64,000 nucleotides of DNA from an uncultured Acidobacteriota bacterium (lineage in GTDB: Bacteria; Acidobacteriota; Thermoanaerobaculia; UBA5066; Gp7-AA6). Position numbers and translations under genes: made by a program. The stretch lies in NCBI GenBank assembly GCA_963764715.1, contig CAVXTP010000021.1:32001-96000 (forward strand). Reading direction: 5' to 3'. Position 1 is the stretch's first letter; each line of letters starts with the position of its first letter. The notes below the pieces were generated by a model. It did not search any database. It was not told the origin of the DNA and saw only the letters and a list, made by a program, of their open reading frames with translations. This document shows, piece after piece, positions 48,486 through 58,558 of this stretch.

Positions 48486-49031
48486 TCACATCATTCCGAG
48501 CTGCAGCTTGGCCGCGTCCGACATCATCTGGAGGCCCCACGGCGGATCGAAGACGACCTGGACGTCCGCCTCGGCGATGCCGGGCACCGTCAGGAGCTTT
48601 CCCTTGATGTCCTCGCGGAGAACGTCGCCCATGCCGCAGCCGGGCGCCGTGAGCGTGAACTTGACGTCGATCCGGTGGCCGCCGTCTTCCCGCGGCGCCA
48701 GCGCGAGGGCGTAGACGAGGCCGAGGTCCACGATGTTGACCGGGATCTCGGGGTCGAAACACGTGCGGAGCTGGTCCCAGGCGAGCTCCTCCGTGGTCTT
48801 GCCCTCGGAGGCGGCGGCGTCCGGGGCGACGACGGTCTCGCCGATCGCGTCCGCGTCCTTGCCGTCCACGCGGGCGAGGAACCCCACCGGCGTCATGACG
48901 GTGTAGCTGCCGCCGAGCGACTGGGTGATGATGACCGGGTCCCCGGCCTTCAGCGTGATCGGCGTTCCGCTCGGGATCTCCCGCGCGGGAACGTCGCGCG
49001 AGACGGTGGCTTCTTTTCGCATCTGCATCAT
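48486..49031 (-). CDS. sufT: Fe-S assembly protein SufT
   Basis: ITQSLGGSYTV, CFDPEIPVNIVDLGLVY, TLTAPGCGMG. Confidence 0.92.
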   Translation of the reverse strand: MMQMRKEATVSRDVPAREIPSGTPITLKAGDPVIITQSLGGSYTVMTPVGFLARVDGKDADAIGETVVAPDAAASEGKTTEELAWDQLRTCFDPEIPVNIVDLGLVYALALAPREDGGHRIDVKFTLTAPGCGMGDVLREDIKGKLLTVPGIAEADVQVVFDPPWGLQMMSDAAKLQLGMM

Positions 49032-49516
49032 GCCCCTCCGCTGCCCGTGTGCGGGCCCTCGGACTCGGTCGACACCGTGGCGCCGTCGCTCGCGAGCGCG
49101 GCCTTCAGCGTGTGCCACGGCAGCGTCGCGCACTTGACCCGCACGGGGTACTCACGCACGCCCGAGAACACCTCGAGCTTGCCGAGGTCGGGCGCCCCGT
49201 CGGCCTGGCCGTGCTGCCCCGTGATGAGGTCGTGGAACCGCTCGAAGAGGGCCTCGGCCTCGGCGCGCGTCTTGCCCTTCACGCTCTCGGTCATCATCGA
49301 GGCCGAGGCGGTCGAGATCGCGCACCCGGCGCCCTGGAAGGCCACCTCGCGCAGCCGGTCGCCGTCGAGCTTGAGGTACACCGTCTCCCGGTCGCCGCAG
49401 AGCGGGTTGTACCCCTCGGCCTGGCGGTTCGCGCCGGCGAGGGCGTGGAAGTTCCGCGGCCGCTTGCTGTGGTCGAGGATGACTTCCTGGTACAGGTCGC
49501 GCAGGTCGGACGACAT
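49028..49516 (-). CDS. sufU: SUF NifU-family sulfur-transfer protein
   Basis: LYQEVILDH, NPLCGD, GCAISTASAS, RVKCATL. Confidence 0.95.
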   Translation of the reverse strand: MSSDLRDLYQEVILDHSKRPRNFHALAGANRQAEGYNPLCGDRETVYLKLDGDRLREVAFQGAGCAISTASASMMTESVKGKTRAEAEALFERFHDLITGQHGQADGAPDLGKLEVFSGVREYPVRVKCATLPWHTLKAALASDGATVSTESEGPHTGSGGA

Positions 49517-50763
49517 CAGCGGAACATCCCGATGACTTTGTGGATCGCCGCGGCGAGGGCATCGACCTCGCCGCGCGTGTTGTAGAGGCCGAAGGACGCC
49601 CGCGCGGTCGCCGGGATGCCGTAGCGGTCCATGACGGGCTGCGCGCAGTGGTGGCCGGTCCGGATCGCCACACCCTCGCGGTCGAGCACCGTGCCGATGT
49701 CGTGGGGGTGGATGCCGTCGAGCACGAACGACAGGACGCCCGCCTTCTCGCGGGCCGTGCCCACGACGCGCAGGCCCGGGATCGCGGAGAGGGCGTCGGT
49801 CGCGTACGTCAGGAGCTCCCGCTCGTGCGCCTCGATCGCCGGCAGGCCGAGCGCCCCGACGTAGTCGAGCGCGGCGCCGAAGGCGATCCCTCCCGCGATG
49901 TTGGGCGTGCCGGCCTCGAACTTGTAGGGCAGCTCGTTGTACGTCGTCTTCTCGAAGGTCACGGAACGGATCATGTCGCCGCCGCCCTGGTACGGCGGCA
50001 TCGACTCGAGGAGCGCGGTCTTGCCGTAGAGCACGCCGACGCCCGTCGGACCGTAGATCTTGTGGCTCGACAACGCGTAGAAGTCGCAGTCGAGGGCGCG
50101 CACGTCGACCGGCATCCGCGGGGCCGCCTGCGCGCCGTCGACGAAGACCACGGCACCGGCGGAGTGGGCGAGCTCCGCGATCCTCCGGACGGGGAGGATC
50201 GTGCCGAGGGCGTTCGAGAGATGGGCGACCGACACGATCTTCGTGCGCGGCGAAAGGAGCTTTTCGAAGGCCGCGAGGTCGACCTCGCCCTCCTCCGTGA
50301 TCGGCGCGACGGCGAGCCGGGCGCCCGTCTCCTCGCAGAGCATCTGCCAGGGGACGATGTTCGAGTGGTGCTCGAGGCCCGTGATCAGGACCTCGTCCCC
50401 GGCGCGCACCCGGCGCCGGCCGAGCGTCTGCGCCACGAGGTTGACGGCCTCGGTCGTTCCCCGGACGAACACGATCTCGTGCGCGGCGGCGGCGTTCACG
50501 AACGCCCGCGCCTTCTCGCGCGCGGCGTCGTAGGCGTCGGTCGCCTGGACCGAGAGCCAGTGCACGCCGCGGTGGATGTTGGCGTAGCAGGTCTCGTAGA
50601 CCCGGCGCTCGGCGTCGATCACGGCCGAGGGCTTCTGAGCGGAGGCGGCGTTGTCGAGGTAGACGAGGGGCTTCCCGTAGACCTTCGTCGCGAGGATCGG
50701 AAAGTCGCGCCGGACCGTCGCGACGTCGTAGGCGGTGGCGGCTTCGCGGACGGCGGTGCTCAT
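49516..50763 (-). CDS. sufS: Cysteine desulfurase SufS
   Basis: YLDNAAS, EHHSNIVPWQ, DGAQ, SSHK, EAGTP, RTGHHCAQP. Confidence 0.96.
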   Translation of the reverse strand: MSTAVREAATAYDVATVRRDFPILATKVYGKPLVYLDNAASAQKPSAVIDAERRVYETCYANIHRGVHWLSVQATDAYDAAREKARAFVNAAAAHEIVFVRGTTEAVNLVAQTLGRRRVRAGDEVLITGLEHHSNIVPWQMLCEETGARLAVAPITEEGEVDLAAFEKLLSPRTKIVSVAHLSNALGTILPVRRIAELAHSAGAVVFVDGAQAAPRMPVDVRALDCDFYALSSHKIYGPTGVGVLYGKTALLESMPPYQGGGDMIRSVTFEKTTYNELPYKFEAGTPNIAGGIAFGAALDYVGALGLPAIEAHERELLTYATDALSAIPGLRVVGTAREKAGVLSFVLDGIHPHDIGTVLDREGVAIRTGHHCAQPVMDRYGIPATARASFGLYNTRGEVDALAAAIHKVIGMFR

Positions 50764-51965
50764 GCGGCCTCCCCGGCCCCGGAGCCCGGCAGGCGTCGGC
50801 CGAGCTCGCGCTCGACGCGGCGCCGCACGGCGGGCACCCGGATCTTCTCGGCGACGTCGGCCGCGAAGGCCCACGTCAGGAGCGCCCTCGCCTCGGCCTC
50901 GCCGATCCCCCGCGACCGCAGGTAGAAGAGGGCGGTCGCGTCGAGCTGTCCGGTCGTCGAGCCGTGCTTGCACTTGACGTCGTCGGCGAAGATCTCGAGC
51001 GCGGGCGTCGAGTTGACGAGGGCCTCGCGCGAGAGGAGCAGGTTCTTGTTCGTCTGGACGGCGTCGGTCTTCTGGGCATCCGGCCGCACGACGATGGTCC
51101 CGTGGAAGACGCCCCGCGAGGCTCCGTCCATGATCCCCTTGTAGAGCTCGCGGCTCGTCGTGTGCGGCGTGGCGTGGTCGATGACGGTCCGGGTGTCGAG
51201 GTGCTGGCGGTCCCGCCCGACGAAGAGGCCGTTCAACGAGCACTCGGCGCCCTCGCCCGCGAGCACCGTCCCGATCTCGGTCCGCGCGAGGGCGGCGCCG
51301 AGGGCGATGTTGTGCGAGGTGAAGCGGCTGCCGCGCGCCTGGGACACGGCGAGCGCGTGCAGGTGGCGGGCCTGTCCGGATTCCTCCTGGAGCTTCGTGT
51401 GCTCCAGGATGGCGCCGGGGCCGAGCGCGATTTCCGTCACGGCGTTGGTGAAGGTCTGGCCGCCTCCGCCGTAGGTCTCGACGATGGACGCCTCGGAGCC
51501 CTCGCCCGCGATGACGAGAAGGCGCGGGTAAAGGACCTCGGGAGCGGCGGGAGCGCCGGCGTCGAAGAGGATCTCGATCGGTTCCGTGATCACGGCGCCG
51601 GGCGCGATCTCGATGGCGAGGCCTCCGGCGAAGAGCGCGGTGTTGAGCGCCGCGAACGCGCTCTTCTGGAAGTCCGCGATCCGGCCGGCGTGATCGGCGG
51701 CCGCGGCCGCCTCGGACAGCGGGACGACGCGAACGCCCGGAGGCAGCGGTGCGGTCACGCGGGGCGCGCGCTCGGCCCGCCGCCAGGCGGTTTCGGTGAT
51801 CGGCTGGAGGCCCGTGGAGCGCCACGCCTCGTCCTGCGCCGTCGGGAAGCCGAGCGCCTCGAAGCGGGCAAAGGCCTCGCGCCGCAGCGCCTGGATCCAG
51901 CCGGGCTCGCCGCCGACAGACGGCGGCTCGGGGGCGAAGGCCTTCTCGAGGGCGACCGCTTCCAT
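50760..51965 (-). CDS. sufD: Fe-S assembly protein SufD
   Basis: AQKTDA.Q.NKNLLLS, P.LEIFADDVKCKHG, FYLRSRGI. Confidence 0.95.
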   Translation of the reverse strand: MEAVALEKAFAPEPPSVGGEPGWIQALRREAFARFEALGFPTAQDEAWRSTGLQPITETAWRRAERAPRVTAPLPPGVRVVPLSEAAAAADHAGRIADFQKSAFAALNTALFAGGLAIEIAPGAVITEPIEILFDAGAPAAPEVLYPRLLVIAGEGSEASIVETYGGGGQTFTNAVTEIALGPGAILEHTKLQEESGQARHLHALAVSQARGSRFTSHNIALGAALARTEIGTVLAGEGAECSLNGLFVGRDRQHLDTRTVIDHATPHTTSRELYKGIMDGASRGVFHGTIVVRPDAQKTDAVQTNKNLLLSREALVNSTPALEIFADDVKCKHGSTTGQLDATALFYLRSRGIGEAEARALLTWAFAADVAEKIRVPAVRRRVERELGRRLPGSGAGEAA

Positions 51966-51967
51966 GC

Positions 51968-54220
<2,253 letters not shown>

Positions 54221-54229
54221 GACGAGAGA

Positions 54230-54265
54230 AGCATATTTAAATCTGTACAAGAAAGTCAACTTATG
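54230..54265 (-). promoter_or_regulatory. suf promoter (TTGACT-N18-TATGCT) with overlapping IscR/Rrf2-like box
   Basis: AT-rich island; minus strand ATAAGTTGACTTTCTTGTACAGATTT overlaps the -35. Confidence 0.65.
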
Positions 54266-54302
54266 GCTATGAACTAAGCCTATTGTTTACAGGCGCTTAA
54301 CT

Positions 54303-54330
54303 AAAACGCCCGCCGGGTGGCGGGCGTCTT
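54303..54330 (-). terminator. Rho-independent terminator
   Basis: ACGCCCGCC-GGGT-GGCGGGCGT hairpin with TTTT on the minus strand, downstream of the 54352 gene. Confidence 0.8.
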
Positions 54331-54351
54331 CGGGTCAGTCTTGCGCCGGAT

Positions 54352-56562
54352 CTACTTGTTGTCCTTCTTGGGGGTCGGCGTCGGCTTCCGGCCGCGCTGG
54401 GGCGTCGAGACCTCGGCCGGTTTGGCCTTGCGCGACTCGGGCTCGACCCGCTGGTCCGACGGGTTCGTTTCGCGCGGCGCCGCGGCCCGCGGCTGATTGC
54501 GATCGGGCTGGCTCCGTTCGGATGCGACCGGCGGGCGCGGCGTCGGCCGCGGCGACGGGTGCCGCTCGGAAGCCTGGGGAGGCGGGCTGGCCGGGCGCTC
54601 GGCCGAACCCTGCGCCGAACGCCCAAAGCCCGCATGCGGATTCGAATCGGAGGTGAGCGGTCGGGCCGTCGGCCGCTGCGGCGGCCGGCGATCCTCGGGC
54701 CGCTCCTGCGGCTGCGACCGGTCCGGGGCGTCGCCCGGCACGCGGTCCTCGGGCCTCACCGGCGACTGGCGCGGCGTCGGACGCAGAGTCGTCGTCGGCC
54801 GCTCCTGATCCTCGGGCCGTGCCTCGGGCTGAGGCCGCGCCGGTGCTCGGTCGCTCGTCGCGGGGCGCTCCCGGTCTTCGGGCCGCGCGGGCGACGTCGG
54901 CCGGGGGGACGCGGATTCGCGGACCGGAGCCACGGGTTGCTCCTTCGTCGCGAGAGGGCGCCCGCGATTCGGCGCCACGGGCTCGGGCTTCGGCGCCCGG
55001 CTGTCCTCGGTCTTCGGCGCCAGCGTGACGCGGCCCTCCTCGGCCGCGGCCGGCCGCGAGGCGCGCGCGGGCTGCGCGGCGCGGCTCTCCCGCGCGGTGA
55101 GAGTCGCCGCTTCGGTCGTCGTCACGGGACGCCCGCGGTTCTCGCGGATCACGGCGACCTTCTGGTCGAATCTCGGCGGCGCCGGCGGGGGCGCCGACCG
55201 CGTCACGACCGTCCTCGAAACGGTGGCGGCTGGCGGACGTGCAACGGCCGCCTGACGGGTGGCGACGCGGATCGACTCGCGCGTCGGGACGATGGGGACC
55301 GCCCCGCGCACGACGGGCGCGCGCTCGACCTGGCTGACGATCGCCCGGTCGCGGACGTAGTTGTTCGTGACGCTGCGGCTCGAAACGAAGGTCTGCTGGT
55401 TGACGACCGTCACGTAGGTCCGATTGACGTACGTGATGTTCGTGACGTTGACGACGTTGACGGCCGGACGGCCCCACCAGGGGACGAGCGGGTCGCGCGG
55501 CGCCAGGGGAAACCATCCGATGTAGTCGGTCCCGACGCCGACGGACACCGAGAAGCCGGGCCCTCCGCCGACGAAGGCCACGAGGGCCGGGCTGTAGGAG
55601 ACGACCGCGACGCGGGGCGCCACGGGAACCCAGAACCAGCGGGAGCGGTACGTGACCCAGCGTCCGTAGTGGTACGGCGCCCAGCCCCAGGGCTCCGTCG
55701 AGACCCAGGTCCATCCCCACGGGTCCTGCCACAACCAGCGGCCGGCGCGGTAAGGCTGCCAGCCCACGGCGACCGACGCCGGCGTCCAGCACCATCCGTA
55801 GCTCGGGACCTGCTGCCAGTTCCCGTGGCGGTCGAGGTCTTCGACGCCCGCGATGTCGGCCGAGACGTACTGGTAGGAGCGCACGTTGGCGTAACGCGCG
55901 TCGCGATCGGCGACCCATCGGTCCCATCCGTCGGGCGCCGACACGGCGATCATGTCGTAACGCGGAGGCTCCTGTCCTTCGATGAGGATCGCGTCTCCGG
56001 CGCCGAGCGGGACCTGTCCGCCGCCCGAGGCGACGATCGCCCGGCCTCGCCAGACCTGCAGCCGCGTGTCGCCGTTGTCGCGGACGTCGACCCGGTAGTC
56101 GCCGGTCCGCTCGAAGGTGATCGCGGCGTTGGGCGTGTCGACTTCGAAGACGTCGTCGTCGCCGAGACGGCGGATCTGGAACGACGCCACGCCCGCCGAG
56201 AGCGAGAACTGCTGCGTGTCTTCGGTCAGGTTGAGCGCCGCGAGGTCGGTCTGGTTGGCAAGGCGGATGATGTTGCCGCCGTGGACCTGCAGCTCGAGGC
56301 GCCCGCGCGCGGTCCAGACCCGGTCGCCGAGGGTCATCGGAACGTTGGGGTTGGCCGGCTGCCACTCATCGGGATCGTCGCCGCGGGCGAACGAAACGTC
56401 GCCCGAGATGTACGCGAGACGCGCCACCGTCTGGCGGATGTCGTTGTCCGGATAGCCTTCGTTCGGATTGGCGTAGCCGTAATCGTCCTGCGCGAAGGCG
56501 ACGCCGCCCGCGAGAGCGGCGGCGAAAAATGCGGCGAGAGCCGCGTTGCGGCAGTTTTTCAT
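54352..56562 (-). CDS. Secreted FecR + DUF6600-like protein with long Pro/Arg-rich disordered tail
   Basis: GAGGAG RBS, signal peptide, VARL.Y.SG.VS, GDRVWT, VDTPN, YRVDV, WTWVS..PWGWAPYHYGRW. Confidence 0.88.
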   Translation of the reverse strand: MKNCRNAALAAFFAAALAGGVAFAQDDYGYANPNEGYPDNDIRQTVARLAYISGDVSFARGDDPDEWQPANPNVPMTLGDRVWTARGRLELQVHGGNIIRLANQTDLAALNLTEDTQQFSLSAGVASFQIRRLGDDDVFEVDTPNAAITFERTGDYRVDVRDNGDTRLQVWRGRAIVASGGGQVPLGAGDAILIEGQEPPRYDMIAVSAPDGWDRWVADRDARYANVRSYQYVSADIAGVEDLDRHGNWQQVPSYGWCWTPASVAVGWQPYRAGRWLWQDPWGWTWVSTEPWGWAPYHYGRWVTYRSRWFWVPVAPRVAVVSYSPALVAFVGGGPGFSVSVGVGTDYIGWFPLAPRDPLVPWWGRPAVNVVNVTNITYVNRTYVTVVNQQTFVSSRSVTNNYVRDRAIVSQVERAPVVRGAVPIVPTRESIRVATRQAAVARPPAATVSRTVVTRSAPPPAPPRFDQKVAVIRENRGRPVTTTEAATLTARESRAAQPARASRPAAAEEGRVTLAPKTEDSRAPKPEPVAPNRGRPLATKEQPVAPVRESASPRPTSPARPEDRERPATSDRAPARPQPEARPEDQERPTTTLRPTPRQSPVRPEDRVPGDAPDRSQPQERPEDRRPPQRPTARPLTSDSNPHAGFGRSAQGSAERPASPPPQASERHPSPRPTPRPPVASERSQPDRNQPRAAAPRETNPSDQRVEPESRKAKPAEVSTPQRGRKPTPTPKKDNK

Positions 56563-56590
56563 GCGTTTCAACTCCTCGGCCGGACGATAC

Positions 56591-56606
56591 TGCAAAGTCC
56601 GTTCCC
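56591..56606 (-). promoter_or_regulatory. Putative sigma-54 promoter
   Basis: Minus strand GGGAACGGACTTTGCA = GG-N10-GC, placing the start site just before the RBS. Confidence 0.55.
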
Positions 56607-56635
56607 GATCGTCCCGCGGCCGTAGACTTGACCGG

Positions 56636-58471
56636 ATGGCCGACGGATTGCGCGTGACGCGGCCTCCCGACCGCCCTCTGGCGATCTTCGACGGCGACTG
56701 CGGATTCTGCCGTCTCTGGATCGCCCGCTGGAAGCTTCGGACGGGTCCGAAAGTGGACTATGCGCCCTCGCAGGAGGTCGCGTCGCGTTTCCCGGAGATC
56801 CCCGCGGAGCGCTTCGCGCAGGCCTTTCAGCTCGTGCTGCCCGACGGCCGCGTTCTCGAGGGGGCGGAGGCGGTGCTGGCGATCTCGGGCCGCACGCCGG
56901 GCGAGGGCATCGGGCTGGCGCTCTACCGGCGGGTCCCCGGGCTCGCGCCGCTCCTGGAGCTCGCGTACCGCCTCGTCGCGGGGCATCGACCCGCCGCGAT
57001 GGCCGTGACGCGGTGGGCGTGGGGCGCCTCGGTCCTCGTGCCGACGTACGAAGTCGCGAACGGCCTCTTCCTTCGGCTGCTCGGCCTCTGCTATCTCGCC
57101 GCGTTCGCTTCGCTCTGGGTCCAGATCGACGGCCTCGTCGGCTCCCGCGGCATCCTCCCGGTCTCGGAGTTTCTGGAGTGGGTCCGTGGGCAGACGGGCG
57201 CCGGCCGCTACTGGCTGCTGCCGACGCTGTCCTGGATCGCGCCGGGGGACGGGGCCCTGCATCTCCAGTGCGCCGCCGGAGTGGCGGCCTCGCTGTTGCT
57301 CGTCGCGGGCCTCGTCCCGGCCTGGAGCGCGTTCGCCGCGTGGGCGCTGTATCTCTCGCTCTCGGTCGCGGGCCAGCTCTTCCTCGAGTTCCAGTGGGAC
57401 TTTCTGCTCACGGAAGCCGGGCTCCTCGCCATCTTCCTCGCGCCGCCCGCGCTGCGCGCCCTGCGCCGAGGACTCGCGTCCCCGCGCCTCGCGCGCTTCC
57501 TCCTCGTCTGGCTGCTCTTCCGGCTGATGCTCTCCTCGGGAGCCGTCAAGCTCCTGAGCCGCGACCCGTCGTGGGCGACCCTGACCGCCCTGCGCGTGCA
57601 CTACGAGACCCAGCCGCTCCCGCCGTGGACCGCCTGGTTCATGCACCAGCTCTCGCCCGGGTTCCAGACGGCGTCGTGCGTCTTCCTCTTCTTCGTCGAG
57701 CTCGTCGTGCCGTTTCTCTATTTCGCTCCGCGGCGGCTGCGCCTCTTCGCCTGCGCGATGACGATCCTGCTGCAGGTCCTGATCGCAGCCACCGGAAACT
57801 ACGCCTTCTTCAACTGGCTGACGATCGCGCTCGCGGTGCTCCTCGTCGACGACGCGGCGTTCCGGAGGCGGGCCCCGGAGGCGCCAGCGCCCCGCGGGCC
57901 GGGTCCCTGGCCGCGCGCGATCCTGGTTCCGGCCGCGGTCCTTCTCCTCGCGGCGTCGGCTCCGCCCTTCCTCGCCTCGATCGGCCTTCGTGAGGCGATC
58001 CCGGGCCCGCTCATCGCGGCCTATCGCGCCGTCGCCCCGCTGCGCAGCGCCAACGGCTACGGGCTCTTCGCGGTGATGACGACCGCGCGCCACGAGATCG
58101 TCGTCGAGGGAAGCGAGGACGGCGTTTCCTGGCGCCCGTACGAGTTCCGCTGGAAGCCCGGGGATCCGATGCGCCGGCCGTCCTTCGTCGCGCCGCACCA
58201 GCCGCGACTCGACTGGCAGATGTGGTTCGCCGCACTCGGAAGCGCCGACGAGAATCCGTGGCTGACGCGATTTCTGGCGAGATTGCTGGAGGGCTCGACG
58301 GAGGTCCTGGCGTTGCTCCGATCGAATCCGTTTCCGGGCCGCCCGCCCCGCTTCGTTCGCGCCGTGGTCTACGACTACCGGTTCACCGACGCGCAAGAGC
58401 GACGCCGCAGCGGCGCCTGGTGGAAACGCGAGCTCCTGGGGCTCTACCGCCCCGTGCTCGGCGGAGGCTAG
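56636..58471 (+). CDS. DCC1/DUF393 thiol-disulfide oxidoreductase domain fused to lipase maturation factor (LMF1) family protein
   Basis: N-terminal FDGDCGFC; LMF motifs FLRLLGL, FQWD.LL.EAG, HYETQPLP, TGNYAFFNWL, HQPRLDWQMWFAAL. Confidence 0.9.
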   Translation: MADGLRVTRPPDRPLAIFDGDCGFCRLWIARWKLRTGPKVDYAPSQEVASRFPEIPAERFAQAFQLVLPDGRVLEGAEAVLAISGRTPGEGIGLALYRRVPGLAPLLELAYRLVAGHRPAAMAVTRWAWGASVLVPTYEVANGLFLRLLGLCYLAAFASLWVQIDGLVGSRGILPVSEFLEWVRGQTGAGRYWLLPTLSWIAPGDGALHLQCAAGVAASLLLVAGLVPAWSAFAAWALYLSLSVAGQLFLEFQWDFLLTEAGLLAIFLAPPALRALRRGLASPRLARFLLVWLLFRLMLSSGAVKLLSRDPSWATLTALRVHYETQPLPPWTAWFMHQLSPGFQTASCVFLFFVELVVPFLYFAPRRLRLFACAMTILLQVLIAATGNYAFFNWLTIALAVLLVDDAAFRRRAPEAPAPRGPGPWPRAILVPAAVLLLAASAPPFLASIGLREAIPGPLIAAYRAVAPLRSANGYGLFAVMTTARHEIVVEGSEDGVSWRPYEFRWKPGDPMRRPSFVAPHQPRLDWQMWFAALGSADENPWLTRFLARLLEGSTEVLALLRSNPFPGRPPRFVRAVVYDYRFTDAQERRRSGAWWKRELLGLYRPVLGGG

Positions 58472-58558
58472 GCGCACCCGAGACGGCGGCCGCCCGGGGG
58501 AGGGCGAACCGGGGGGAGGGTCCGAGCGCGACCCCGGGATGAGAGATGACCGAGGGCA

